A stretch of DNA of 64,000 nt from Thermoanaerobaculia bacterium (GCA_963664405.1 OY761158.1:6624001-6688000), one strand, 5' to 3'; counted from the stretch's first letter, positions 19,509 to 29,273 are shown. Numbers and translations are program-made. Notes: generated by a model not told the origin, from the letters alone.

Positions 19509-20228
19509 TCAGGCGCTCCCGTAAGCATCCAGAAGCTGAGTCGCGAGCTTTGGGCCAACCCCGGCCTCTTCGTGCTTGAAGAAAACATAGGCATCGCTCC
19601 AGGACTCGCTGTCGATGCGTTCGGCCCAGCTCGCGAGATCCGCCTCTTCGTAGTTCTCGCGACGAAGTCGAAGATAGCCCCAGCTTGCCGTTGCCACCCA
19701 CGGCGCGTCGCGGTCCTCGGCCCCCGCATCGGCAATGCAGAGCGAGGCATCTGCGTCGGCCAGGACGGTGAAAACTTCGTCGTCGAACCAGGATTGGTAG
19801 CGGAATTCGAAGGCGGCCTTGGGTTGGCGCGGGAGCAGTGAGCAGAACTCGCGCAGACGCACGACATCTTTCTTGAGATACGGCGGCAGTTGGAAGAGGA
19901 GCGCGCCGAGTGTGTCTCCAAGCTCCGCCGCTACGTCGAGAAGATAGAGCAGCGAGTCGCCGGCATCCTTGAGCCGGCTGTGGTGGGTGATGCGCCGAGA
20001 GGCCTTGAGAACGAAGCGGAACTCCGGCGGCACCTGCGTGCGCCACTTGGCCATGACCGTGCGCTGCGGCATGCGATAAAAGGTGTTGTTGATCTCCACC
20101 GCCGGCATCTTCTCGGCGTAGTAGGAGAGGAGTTTTCCGGGTGGCAGATCCTTGGGATAGAAGCTTCCCTTCCACGCCTTGTAGGAGAATCCGCTGGTGC
20201 CGACCAGAAGTCGCGGAGCGTTGCCCAC
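19509..20228 (-). CDS. DUF72 family protein
   Basis: VGTSGFSY..WKG.FYP, VEINNTFY, LFQLPP, EFR..SW. Confidence 0.92.
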   Translation of the reverse strand: MGNAPRLLVGTSGFSYKAWKGSFYPKDLPPGKLLSYYAEKMPAVEINNTFYRMPQRTVMAKWRTQVPPEFRFVLKASRRITHHSRLKDAGDSLLYLLDVAAELGDTLGALLFQLPPYLKKDVVRLREFCSLLPRQPKAAFEFRYQSWFDDEVFTVLADADASLCIADAGAEDRDAPWVATASWGYLRLRRENYEEADLASWAERIDSESWSDAYVFFKHEEAGVGPKLATQLLDAYGSA

Positions 20229-20229
20229 T

Positions 20230-20829
20230 TCAGCTCTGCGTCTGCAGTCGGCCGTCCAGGTCGAGCTCGGCGGCGATGCCGCTCATTGCTTCGAGGACGG
20301 TGGAGACATGCTGCCAAAGCTCGAGCTCGTTTCCAAAACACACGCGGCTGAAGTCTTCGGTCACTTCTTGCACATGCGAGCGATCGACCCCTCGTGCAAA
20401 GGCCTTGTCCTTCCATTTCTTCTTCAACGACTTGATCCGTACTTCCCGCACATCTTTGTCGGGGCGCACGAGGGCGCAGGCGCTGATCAGGCCGGTAATC
20501 TCGTCGCAGGCGAGAAGGGCGAAGTCGAGAGGGTGCCGGCGTTCGACCCCTGTTCCGGCTGTGTTGTGGGCGAGGACGGCGTTGACGACACCCTCGTCGC
20601 AGCCGCGGTCGCGGAGTATGGGGGCGCCTTCCAGAGGATGCTGCTCGAGAGTAGGGTGGATCTCCCAGTCGAAGTCGTGGAGCAGCCCGGCCAATCCCCA
20701 CAGTGCCGGATCTCCGTCGAGCCGATGTGCATACCAGCGCATGGCAGCCTCCACTGCCAGCATATGGCGGCGCAAGCCGGGGGCAACCACATACTCGGTC
20801 ATCAGGGCAAAGGCTTCGTTTCGATCCAT
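20230..20829 (-). CDS. HD/HDIG domain hydrolase
   Basis: HMLAVEA, GLLHDFDWE, ACDEITGL, KDKAFARGVDR; AGGAG RBS before ATG 20829. Confidence 0.88.
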   Translation of the reverse strand: MDRNEAFALMTEYVVAPGLRRHMLAVEAAMRWYAHRLDGDPALWGLAGLLHDFDWEIHPTLEQHPLEGAPILRDRGCDEGVVNAVLAHNTAGTGVERRHPLDFALLACDEITGLISACALVRPDKDVREVRIKSLKKKWKDKAFARGVDRSHVQEVTEDFSRVCFGNELELWQHVSTVLEAMSGIAAELDLDGRLQTQS

Positions 20830-20877
20830 TGATGCTCCTGCGGCAATTCTAGCCTCCAACCGGTTACACTTGCTTGG

Positions 20878-21681
20878 ATGTTTTCTCGGCGGCCTGTACG
20901 TGGCATTCCTACCTTCGGGGGACTTGGCTCCAAGGGTGGCGCGCCGAGGGACATTCTGGTCCTTCTGGCCGTTCTCTTTCTGACTTTTTCATTGCAGTTC
21001 TTCGCCTCGACCCGGTTCTTGCCGGATCTGTTGCGTTTGACGCCCTCGGTTTGGAGTGGCTTGCAGGTCTGGCGCCTTCTCACCTACCCTTTCGTCGGTG
21101 AGGGAGGCTTGGGCATCTGGTTCCTGCTCGAGCTTCTGATTCTCTTCTGGTTCGGTCGCGACATCTTCGCTCGTCTGGGCCGTCGCAGTTTCTGGATCCT
21201 GGTTGGTTGGGGAGTGATCACGGCCTCAGTGGTTGCGGTTGCGCTCGACTTGCTCGGTCAGCTGGCTCCAGGAATCTCTGGCCCGGCCCCCTTTGCCTTG
21301 CTCCAGGGACAGCGGACCCTGCTGGTGATCGTCATCGCAGCCTTCGCCACTCTCTTTGGTAATGCCACCGTCCTTCTCTTCTTCGTTCTCCCGGTTCAAG
21401 CCAAGTGGTTTCTCTGGATCGAGATCGTATTCGCCTTCATGGGCTTTCTCGGAACCAAGGATCTTGCTGGCTTCGTGGGCATCTGTGCGACCGTTGGCGT
21501 GGTCTATAACCTCTTGACTCGCGGTGGCCTCGCGCGAGGTCTGCGCGAGCTTTGGCTACGCTTCGAGCAGCGTCGCATCCAGGCCAAGATGGCGCGCATG
21601 CGCCGGCGCAGCGGGCTCCGCGTGGTCAAGGGTGACGACGATGGGGCGGACGAAGATCGGCGCGATCCCTGGGTCCACTGA
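20878..21681 (+). CDS. Rhomboid-like membrane protein
   Basis: QVWRLLTYPF motif, several TM helices, LRVVKG...WVH tail; no clear GxS catalytic motif. Confidence 0.7.
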   Translation: MFSRRPVRGIPTFGGLGSKGGAPRDILVLLAVLFLTFSLQFFASTRFLPDLLRLTPSVWSGLQVWRLLTYPFVGEGGLGIWFLLELLILFWFGRDIFARLGRRSFWILVGWGVITASVVAVALDLLGQLAPGISGPAPFALLQGQRTLLVIVIAAFATLFGNATVLLFFVLPVQAKWFLWIEIVFAFMGFLGTKDLAGFVGICATVGVVYNLLTRGGLARGLRELWLRFEQRRIQAKMARMRRRSGLRVVKGDDDGADEDRRDPWVH

Positions 21682-21688
21682 CGATCGG

Positions 21689-22684
21689 CTAGAGTCGATT
21701 CTCTCCGTCGGTCGAATAGAGGATCTCGGGGTTTGCCTGCTCGCGCTGGATGAGGCCCTTGTCTTCGAGATAGCGAAGGTGGGCGACGGTCTCACCGGTC
21801 GCAAACCAACGCTGCATAAGTGGGAAGTCATCCCACGAAGCGGCTCGAATCGACCAGGTCATCAGGCCCGCGGTCTGGTAGGCGTTTTTGCGTCCCTCTT
21901 CGAGAAGATCGATCGCTTCGTTGGCACGGTCCCGATGATGCTCGATCAACTCTTCGACTCGTCCCCGGAAGTCGTGAACGAGACTGCGGTGACCTGGCAG
22001 ACAGATATCCACTTCGAGAGGCGCGACCTTCTCGAGACTCGACAGGAATAGCTGAAGTGGGTCGTCGTCGTCCGACCAGGCCTGAATATTCGGAGTGATG
22101 TCTCCTAGAACATGATCGCCGGCGAGAAAGATCTTCTTCTCCGGCTCGTACAAGGAGATGTGGCCGAAAGTATGGCCCGGGGTGTCGATGGTCTCGAATC
22201 GATAGTTACCGATCTCGACGGTGTCTCCTTCTCGGAGAGGGACATAGCTGACCGGGTTCTGGGCCCGGTACTTGAAGGCCGGGTGGTTTCGGAAGGTGGC
22301 CTCGAGATCGTCCAGGGGGAAGCCGCTGCGGGCGAGGTAGTTGCTCATCGCACTGCCCTTGGCAAAGCCCCGCATGCTCGATTGCATTGTCGCGGCGTCG
22401 ATCTCACCCATATAGGCTCTGCGTCCGTCGCGGAGAAGGCTGGGGATGAGGCCGTGGTGATCAGCGTGAAGATGAGTGGCGATGAAGTCGGTTCTCTCGA
22501 GGTCGATGCCGATCTCGTCGAGCCCGGCGTCGAGGGCCTCTCGGCACTCGGGCCGGTTCATCCCGGTGTCGACGACAAGATTTCTGTCTCTGGCGGTCAG
22601 TACGTAGGAATTGATCTCTTTGAGCGGGCTTCCCGGGAGCGGAACTACGACGCGATAGAGAGCAGGAAGGACTTCCTCGATCAT
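21689..22684 (-). CDS. MBL-fold metallo-hydrolase
   Basis: THLHADHHG, TPGHT, GDHVL, LPGH. Confidence 0.9.
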   Translation of the reverse strand: MIEEVLPALYRVVVPLPGSPLKEINSYVLTARDRNLVVDTGMNRPECREALDAGLDEIGIDLERTDFIATHLHADHHGLIPSLLRDGRRAYMGEIDAATMQSSMRGFAKGSAMSNYLARSGFPLDDLEATFRNHPAFKYRAQNPVSYVPLREGDTVEIGNYRFETIDTPGHTFGHISLYEPEKKIFLAGDHVLGDITPNIQAWSDDDDPLQLFLSSLEKVAPLEVDICLPGHRSLVHDFRGRVEELIEHHRDRANEAIDLLEEGRKNAYQTAGLMTWSIRAASWDDFPLMQRWFATGETVAHLRYLEDKGLIQREQANPEILYSTDGENRL

Positions 22685-23694
22685 CGATACCCTTCCACTA
22701 CAGGACGTCGTGGCAGTCGCCACCAGACATCGTTACAGAGCGCGGTGAGATCTTCGTCGAGCTCGAGCTCGGCACCGGCGATGCTGGCGTCCAATTGTTC
22801 AGGGCGGCTGGCGCCGATGATGGCGGAGGTGATCCCAGGTTGGGCCAACACCCACGAGATCGCCACCGAGACCAGCGACAGACCACGCTCCTCGGCCGCC
22901 GCGCGCAGCTCGTCAGTGGCCTCGAGCTGTTTCGAGTCCCAGTAACGCTTCTGGTACATCTCGGCAGCCCCGCCGAGGGTGAATCTCGTTCCCTGCCTCG
23001 GCTCCTCGCCGGGGCGGTACTTTCCTGACAGCAATCCACCGGCGATCGGGTTGTAAACGATCACCCCGACCCGAGATGCCCGGGCCAGAGGGAGCAGCTC
23101 GGTCTCGATGTCGCGGTACAGGAGGTTGTAGCGTGGCTGCAGAGTCTCATAGCGTGCCAGCTGAAGGCGGCGACTCGCCGCCAGCGCCTCGCTCAAGCGC
23201 CAGGCAGGGTAGTTAGAGCAGCCGATGTAGCGAACCTTGCCCTGAGCGACCAGGTCGTCGAGGGCGGCGAGAGTCTCCTCAATGGGCGTATGAGGGTCGA
23301 AAGAGTGGGTTTGATAGAGATCGATCACATCGGTCTGCAGCCGGCGCAAGCTGGCCTCCACCGCCTTCTGAATGTGTATTCGGGAGAGACCTGAGTCGTT
23401 GGCTCCCGGGCCCATCAAGCCGCGGCACTTGGTGGCAAGAAAGATGTCGTCGCGAACGCCACGATCGCGCATCCAGCGCCCGATGATCTCTTCGGTCCCG
23501 CCAGCGGTGTCGAGCCCTCCGCCCACCGGGTAGACGTCTGCGGTGTCGAAAAAGTCGACTCCTGCCTCGAAGGCGCGGTCCAGGATTCGGAACGAAGTCT
23601 CCTCGTCGCACTGCAGGCCGAAGGTCATTGTGCCGAGGCAGATGACCGGCACACGTGCCCCGGTTGCTCCTAGGGGTCGATTGTCGATCGGCAT
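22681..23694 (-). CDS. Aldo/keto reductase
   Basis: LGTMTFG, FDTADVY, SLRRLQTDVIDLYQ, GKVRYIGCSN. Confidence 0.95.
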   Translation of the reverse strand: MPIDNRPLGATGARVPVICLGTMTFGLQCDEETSFRILDRAFEAGVDFFDTADVYPVGGGLDTAGGTEEIIGRWMRDRGVRDDIFLATKCRGLMGPGANDSGLSRIHIQKAVEASLRRLQTDVIDLYQTHSFDPHTPIEETLAALDDLVAQGKVRYIGCSNYPAWRLSEALAASRRLQLARYETLQPRYNLLYRDIETELLPLARASRVGVIVYNPIAGGLLSGKYRPGEEPRQGTRFTLGGAAEMYQKRYWDSKQLEATDELRAAAEERGLSLVSVAISWVLAQPGITSAIIGASRPEQLDASIAGAELELDEDLTALCNDVWWRLPRRPVVEGYR

Positions 23695-23727
23695 AGGCTA
23701 GGCCTGGAAAAGCGCGGAAAGGATACC

Positions 23728-24411
23728 TCAACCGTGTTGCGGAAGGCGCTCGCGAAGCCAGCGTGCGATGAGCTCGATCTCCTCGAGGCAGACTTCGTGA
23801 CCCATCGCGAACTCGTGCCATTCGGTCGGGCGATCCTCGGCGACGCGAGCTTCGCAGGCAGCCTGGCCGCGCTCGACAGGGACCATGGGATCGTCGCTGC
23901 CATGGCAGAAGAGCAGAGGCGTAGCCTCGTTCTCGGCACACCGCTCTTCCTCTAGGCTCTCAGGCAGAATCTCGTAGGAGCTGAGCACGAGGACACCGCC
24001 AAGCGGGTGTGAGTGACGCAAACCGGTATAGAGGGCGATTGCGCCTCCTTGACTGAAACCGGCAAGGACGATGCGTCGCGAAGGAACTCCTCGATCTCTC
24101 TCGCGGGCCATCAGGGCTTCGGTCTGCTGTTTCGACTCGGCTACGTGCTGCGGATTGGCCCCTCGCTTGCCGAGGCCTTCGATGTCGTACCAGGCGGGCA
24201 TGAGGACGCCGTTGTTGATCGTGACGGGGCGTGCGGGCGCGTGCGGAAGGACGAAGCGCGCCCAGCCCAGGTGGAGCAGAGGCACGATGGGCTCGAAGTC
24301 GTGCCCGCTGGCGCCCAATCCATGCAGCCAGACGACACTTGCGGCCTCGCCGGCCTCGGTTGGCTCGATCTCTATGGAGGGGAGCAGATCGCCTCGCTCA
24401 GGAGATCTCAA
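23728..24411 (-). CDS. Carboxylesterase/phospholipase (alpha/beta hydrolase)
   Basis: WLHGLGA, MPAWYDI, GFSQGG, HGSDD, MGHEV. Confidence 0.92.
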   Translation of the reverse strand: MRSPERGDLLPSIEIEPTEAGEAASVVWLHGLGASGHDFEPIVPLLHLGWARFVLPHAPARPVTINNGVLMPAWYDIEGLGKRGANPQHVAESKQQTEALMARERDRGVPSRRIVLAGFSQGGAIALYTGLRHSHPLGGVLVLSSYEILPESLEEERCAENEATPLLFCHGSDDPMVPVERGQAACEARVAEDRPTEWHEFAMGHEVCLEEIELIARWLRERLPQHG

Positions 24412-25658
24412 AGGACGCCCTTCTCGAAGGAGACCAGAAGGATCGAAAGAGCCAGCACCTCGGTGGCTTGGCGAAGCTCGGGCAGGGTTGGAAAGGTTGG
24501 CGCGATGCGGATATTCCGATCGAGCGGATCCTTGCCGTAGGGGAAGGTAGCGCCCGCCGGGGTGAGTTTGACCCCCGCTGCAGCAGCCTTGGCGACTGCC
24601 TCCTTGGCACAGCCCTGGGCGGTGTCGAGGCTGATGAAATAGCCCCCTCGGGGCTGCGACCAGCTGGCGACACCGCGGTTCCCGAGCTCTTCGCAGAGCA
24701 CCTGGTCCACCAGTTCGAACTTGGGACGGATGATCTCCGCGTGTCGTGCCATGTGAGCTTCGAGACCGACGCCGTCACGCAGGAAGCGGACATGGCGTAG
24801 CTGGTTGAGCTTGTCGGGGCCGATCGTCTTCTTGGATCGAAACTCGGAAAGCCACTCGAAGCCACTCACGCTACTCGCGACCATCGAAATACCTGCGCCG
24901 GGGAAAGTCACTTTCGAGGTGGATGCGAAAACGAAAGCTCGATCGGGGTGTCCGGCGCGGGCGCATTCGTCGAGGATGCTGCGCAGCGGCTGAGGGTCGG
25001 GGTAGAGGTGGTGAAAGGCGTAGGCGTCGTCCCACAGGATCCGAAAATCGGGGGCGGTGGTCTCCATCGCGGCGAGCTGTGTCACGACCTCGTCGCTGTA
25101 GGTTGCACCGGTGGGATTACTGTAGCGGGGCACACAGAAGATGCCTTTGACGGTAGGGTCGGACGCGACCAGCCTTGCTATGGCCGCAGTATCGGGCCCA
25201 TTCTCGTCGATCTCGATAGGGATCATCTCGAGACCGAGAAACTCGCAAACGGTGAAGTGGCGGTCGTAGCCTGGAGCGGGACAGAGGATCTTGGGACGGC
25301 TCTCTTCGCCCCAAGGTCTTGGGCTTCCAGGCACGCCCTGGCGGACCGCCTCTGAGAGAACGTCGTACATCAGGCTCAAGCTGGCGTTGTCGCCTAAGAG
25401 AATCTGCGTCGGGGGAATGCCCAAGAGCCCGCCGAAGAGCTCACGGGCCTCGGGTAGGCCCTCCAGGATGCCGTAATTCCGGCAGTCCGCGCCTGCTTGC
25501 GAAAGGTAGCCCGCGCCTTCCGAAGCTGCGAGTAGGTCGTGGCTGAGGTCGAGTTGCTCGGCACAGGGTTTCCCTCGGGTCATGTCGAGGTCGAGGCCGA
25601 GATCGCAGGCAGCCTGGTAGCGCTCCTTTACCGCGGCGGCGGTGGGTTCCTGGGGCAT
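24408..25658 (-). CDS. PLP aminotransferase class I/II (aspartate aminotransferase-like)
   Basis: LDMTRGKP, PGYDRHF, YSNPTG, WDDAY, STSKVTF, NIRIAPT. Confidence 0.9.
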   Translation of the reverse strand: MPQEPTAAAVKERYQAACDLGLDLDMTRGKPCAEQLDLSHDLLAASEGAGYLSQAGADCRNYGILEGLPEARELFGGLLGIPPTQILLGDNASLSLMYDVLSEAVRQGVPGSPRPWGEESRPKILCPAPGYDRHFTVCEFLGLEMIPIEIDENGPDTAAIARLVASDPTVKGIFCVPRYSNPTGATYSDEVVTQLAAMETTAPDFRILWDDAYAFHHLYPDPQPLRSILDECARAGHPDRAFVFASTSKVTFPGAGISMVASSVSGFEWLSEFRSKKTIGPDKLNQLRHVRFLRDGVGLEAHMARHAEIIRPKFELVDQVLCEELGNRGVASWSQPRGGYFISLDTAQGCAKEAVAKAAAAGVKLTPAGATFPYGKDPLDRNIRIAPTFPTLPELRQATEVLALSILLVSFEKGVL

Positions 25659-25887
25659 GTTCGATGGTCCTCTCGGAGTTTGTGGCCGGCGCGACCCGGC
25701 GGACCGGGATCTTCTCAGCCCCCTTGGGCTTTGACAACCTGGGCTCGGGCTATGCGGCGTGCCACCGGGCTGAGCACAGCGAGGAGCAAGAGAGTTATGG
25801 CCGGCGCGGCAAGGAGCCGGGCGCCGGCAGCGTAGACCACGGCATTCCCGAGATTGCCGACGAAGGCCCCGATCCCTCCGTCGACCG

Positions 25888-27141
25888 CTAATCGGACCTG
25901 TTCGGGATCGAGCGACCCTTCATCGTTTTCTCCTTCGAGAAAGGTCCACCGTCGGGCTCGAGGTCGAGGGCTCGACTGTAGCGCTCGAGCGCGACCCGGG
26001 CGGCATGGTGGCCGACTGTGCCGATGCCATCTTCGTGGTGGAGAGCGATCACCTCGAGACGGCCCTTAGGGCGGTGCGCTTTGAGGTCGAAGCGGGCCAC
26101 CAGGTTCTCGCCGGCGAGGACCGGGAGACAGAAGTAGCCATATTTGCGGTTTCTTGCGGGCTTGAAGATCTCGAGGATCTGATAGAAGTCGAAGAGCGCC
26201 TGTACTCGATCGCGGTCCCAGAGTACTGGGTCGAAAGGGGACAGAAGGGTTCCCCGGTCTCGACGCGGACGCGCCGCCAGCAGGCGCCCGGTGAGCTCGA
26301 GGTCCACAGGACGGATCCAGCCGGAGTGCCTACGATCCTTGCGCACCAGCTCGCAGGGCAGGATCGCTCCGTCTTCCGCCAGCTCGGAGAGTGCTTGACG
26401 AACTTCCCGCCGTAGATTGCGCAGGCGCCAGGTCTGGGCGAGAGTGCTGCTTTTTGCCCAGCCGTGACCGGAGAGAGCCCGCAGCAGGAGGATCTTGATG
26501 GCCTCGGGTGTGGGCGTCGCGGCTTGGAGAAGCTCGGCAGGGATGACTCTCTCTGCGAGGTCGTAAGATCGTTGGAAGCGCTTTCGCTCGCGGATGGCGA
26601 GAACGCCGGTGCCCCACAGCGCGTTCGCGACTTTCTTGGTGAGCTTGAGGTTCCACCATCCTCGCGACCCTTCGCCCTCGAGGTCGATCGAGCGTAGAGG
26701 GCCCTCAGCGCGGATGCGGGCGACGACCTCGTTCGCGACCCTCCGGTGCCGGCTGAGAAGGTCGCCCCACCATGGGTGGCGACGGTAGGCTCGACGGCGG
26801 AACGCGAAGACAGGGTAAAGATCGATCGGCAGCCAGCTCGCCTCGTGGCCCCAGTACTCGAAGAGCGGTTCTCCTGGGCGCAGAAGCTCTTCTCCGAGTG
26901 CCGGATCGAAGCCCTCGATGCGGGAGAGCAAGACCAGGGCGTGGGAGCGGGCGCCGGCTATGGAGACGGTGTCGAGTTGGAGGTAGCCAAAGCGATCGAC
27001 GACACGCAATGCGGCACTTCGCGCTCGTTTGCCGGCACCCGCGGCGCGCTTGGGCATCGCGGTCCACTCCGGCTTGAGCAGGCCGGCCCTGGCGAGTGCC
27101 AGACGCCGAGCAGCGCGCTGGTCGATGGAGAGGGTCGACAC
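25888..27141 (-). CDS. YcaQ/AlkZ-like crosslink-repair DNA glycosylase (start uncertain)
   Basis: LQLD (QxD), FEYWGHEAS, LLSPFDP, RKYGYF.LP, RFDLKAHR. Confidence 0.88.
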   Translation of the reverse strand: MSTLSIDQRAARRLALARAGLLKPEWTAMPKRAAGAGKRARSAALRVVDRFGYLQLDTVSIAGARSHALVLLSRIEGFDPALGEELLRPGEPLFEYWGHEASWLPIDLYPVFAFRRRAYRRHPWWGDLLSRHRRVANEVVARIRAEGPLRSIDLEGEGSRGWWNLKLTKKVANALWGTGVLAIRERKRFQRSYDLAERVIPAELLQAATPTPEAIKILLLRALSGHGWAKSSTLAQTWRLRNLRREVRQALSELAEDGAILPCELVRKDRRHSGWIRPVDLELTGRLLAARPRRDRGTLLSPFDPVLWDRDRVQALFDFYQILEIFKPARNRKYGYFCLPVLAGENLVARFDLKAHRPKGRLEVIALHHEDGIGTVGHHAARVALERYSRALDLEPDGGPFSKEKTMKGRSIPNRSD

Positions 27142-27163
27142 TAGCGGACCGTAGCACTCGATG

Positions 27164-27343
27164 CTAGTGGACCGTAACACTTGAACGTTTAGTGGCTGAG
27201 CGAGTCATCGTGGTCGAGATCAAGGCGCGCCGACGCAGGCATATCGGGGACTATGTCGAGGAGCGCGGGGGCGCCCAGCCTACGTAGAGATCGGCCGCGA
27301 GGGCCGCTCAGGCGCTAAGCGTTTGGGTGTTACGGTCCACTAG
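27164..27343 (+). repeat. Palindromic CTAG-bounded element, copy 2
   Basis: 17-bp perfect terminal IR CTAGTGGACCGTAACAC extended by G-U-rich arms; core shared with copy 1. Confidence 0.85.
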
Positions 27344-27358
27344 GGACCGTGGATAGGG

Positions 27359-27841
27359 CTAGGCCGGCGGCCGCGCGCTCAGGCTGATGACTCGCCCCAC
27401 CCGAGTGGGCCAGGGTACGTCTCGGATGGAGTCGTGCAATTCTTGGAAACGCTCGAGGATTGCGGGAGCGAAAGCGCAGGTGCGGCGCTCTGTACTCGAC
27501 ACGTGCAGAGAGAGGAGCTCGTTGGTCGCCGCCAGATAGCCTTCCTCGGCGTGAAAGAGGCGATGAAAGTAGTGCACCTTCTTTTCGCTCCAGCCGAGGA
27601 GCTGCGTGGTGATGTAGAGGGGAGCGCCTTCGAGGAGCTCACGCTCGTAGGTGGCGTGGCTTTCGGCGCTGAAGGTCGCAATTCCGTGCCGCTGTCGATG
27701 TTTGTCGTCGAGTCCGCAGAGATCGAAGAAACGGGTCGTGGCCTCGTCGAACACGACCATGTAGTAACCGACATTGAGGTGGCGGTTGCGGTCGATCCAC
27801 TGCGGCAGCACGGTCCCTTCCCAGGTGCGAAGTAAATTCAT
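27359..27841 (-). CDS. Hotdog-fold thioesterase family protein
   Basis: WIDRNRHLNVGYY..VFD, ESHATYEREL, ATNELLSLHV. Confidence 0.85.
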   Translation of the reverse strand: MNLLRTWEGTVLPQWIDRNRHLNVGYYMVVFDEATTRFFDLCGLDDKHRQRHGIATFSAESHATYERELLEGAPLYITTQLLGWSEKKVHYFHRLFHAEEGYLAATNELLSLHVSSTERRTCAFAPAILERFQELHDSIRDVPWPTRVGRVISLSARPPA

Positions 27842-27896
27842 CGTGGCATTATCTCCCGCCCGCCGAGGGGTGGTTGGGTCCCGTAGAATGGGAAAG

Positions 27897-28607
27897 ATGA
27901 CACTTCACAGCGCGGAGGTTCCTATTCGATGTGTGGTTTTCGACCTCGATGGCACCTTGGTCGACACCCTCGGTGAGATCACGAGTGGCCTCAATGCCGG
28001 GTTGGCCGCTGTCGGCGTCGCCCCTCACGATCGCGAGAACGTTCGGGGCTGGATCGGAGACGGCGTCGAGAAATTGATCGAGCGAGCCCTCCCGAGAAGG
28101 CACTCAGATCGATCGGAGGATGTCCTTCGTGCCGCGCTAAGTGCCTATCGGAGCCGAGTGGGCTCGCTCAGCCAGGTGTATCCAGGCATTGCCGATTGCC
28201 TCCGGTCTCTTCGACAGGATGGGCTGGGGCTCGCCGTTCTCACCAACAAGTCCCACGAAGTGGCTACGGCGATGGTGCAGCGTTTTTTTCCTGACGTCTT
28301 CGAGGTCGTGGAGGGTGCGGCCGAGGGCCGACCTCTCAAGCCGGAGGCTGCGGCTCTTCGAGGGATCAGCGGCAGAATCGGTATCGACGTTGCAGAGGTT
28401 CTCATGGTGGGAGATTCGTCGGTCGACATCGAAGCAGCCGCAAACGCCGGTGCTCGGGTCGCTGCCGTGACCTGGGGCTTCCGATCCCGCAGCGAGCTCG
28501 CGGCGGGCTCTCCAGATTGATTGATCGACCACGCGAAGGAGATTGTGGCGTTGGTGGCAAGCCGGCGAGCAGCTCCGATGATCGCACGCCGCGCGGGTCT
28601 CGAATAG
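27897..28607 (+). pseudogene. HAD phosphoglycolate phosphatase-like gene with in-frame TGA at 28518
   Basis: FDLDGTLVD, LTNK, KP, MVGDS..DI; family-like C-terminus (LIDHAKEIVALV) continues past the TGA to TAG 28607. Confidence 0.65.
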
Positions 28608-28700
28608 ATCCGGTCCGAGTGCATATGTGTCGTTGATGGGTATTGCCGCCGCAAGAATGAAGATCCCGAACCAGCGCCTCCTCGAGCCGAGATCGAAGGC

Positions 28701-29273
28701 GTGGAGCGGAGGCTCGTAGAGCTGGCCCGCGAGGGCGACCCGAAGGCCCGAGAGGAGCTCGCTCAAAGGTGCGGAACGGCGGCATTCCGTTTCGCGATGG
28801 TGCTCGTATCCGAGCGAGAGGTGGCAAGTGAGCTGAGCCAGGATGCTTTGCTTCGCTTCTTTGTAACCCTGCCAAGCTTCGACGTGTCGCGTCCAGTACT
28901 GCCCTGGCTCTTTCGAATCGTTCGCAACCGCCTCGCCGACATGCGGAGAAGAGAGCGGACGCCTGCCGGCGCCGCCTTGCGCTTCGCGGTTCCGATCGAG
29001 GATTGGCTGCCGGTCACCGATCGTTTCGCGGACCCTCACGGCGACATCGAGCGGCTCGAGCTGCAGCAGCTCGTGTGGCGGTGTCTCGGTCAATTGAAGC
29101 TGCCCCATCGGGAGATCATCGCTCTTCGTGATTTTCAGGACCTTTCCTACCGTGAGATCGCGACTGTGCTCGAGATCCCGATGGGAACTGTGATGTCGCG
29201 CCTGCACGCCGCTCGCATGGCGCTGCGCGGGCACCTGCTAGAGACCGGTTATCACTTCGGAGAACGGCGATGA
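28701..29273 (+). CDS. ECF sigma-70 factor
   Basis: ELSQDA, WLFRIVRN, LSYREIATVLEIPMGTVMSRLH. Confidence 0.92.
   Translation: MERRLVELAREGDPKAREELAQRCGTAAFRFAMVLVSEREVASELSQDALLRFFVTLPSFDVSRPVLPWLFRIVRNRLADMRRRERTPAGAALRFAVPIEDWLPVTDRFADPHGDIERLELQQLVWRCLGQLKLPHREIIALRDFQDLSYREIATVLEIPMGTVMSRLHAARMALRGHLLETGYHFGERR

Noticed and set aside
25748-25765. TGGCACGCCGCATAGC as a sigma-54 promoter on the minus strand
   Set aside because: The -24 half matches, but the GC is one base off the required spacing and TTGC is absent.
6786-27343. Reading the two palindromic elements as CRISPR repeats, integron attC sites or plain terminators
   Set aside because: Only two dispersed copies; no spacers, cas genes or integrase; no RYYYAAC/GTTRRRY ends; far longer than terminators and without U-tracts.
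28518-28520. Genome-wide TGA recoding
   Set aside because: Many intact genes here, such as infB and nrnA, end at TGA at the expected length.
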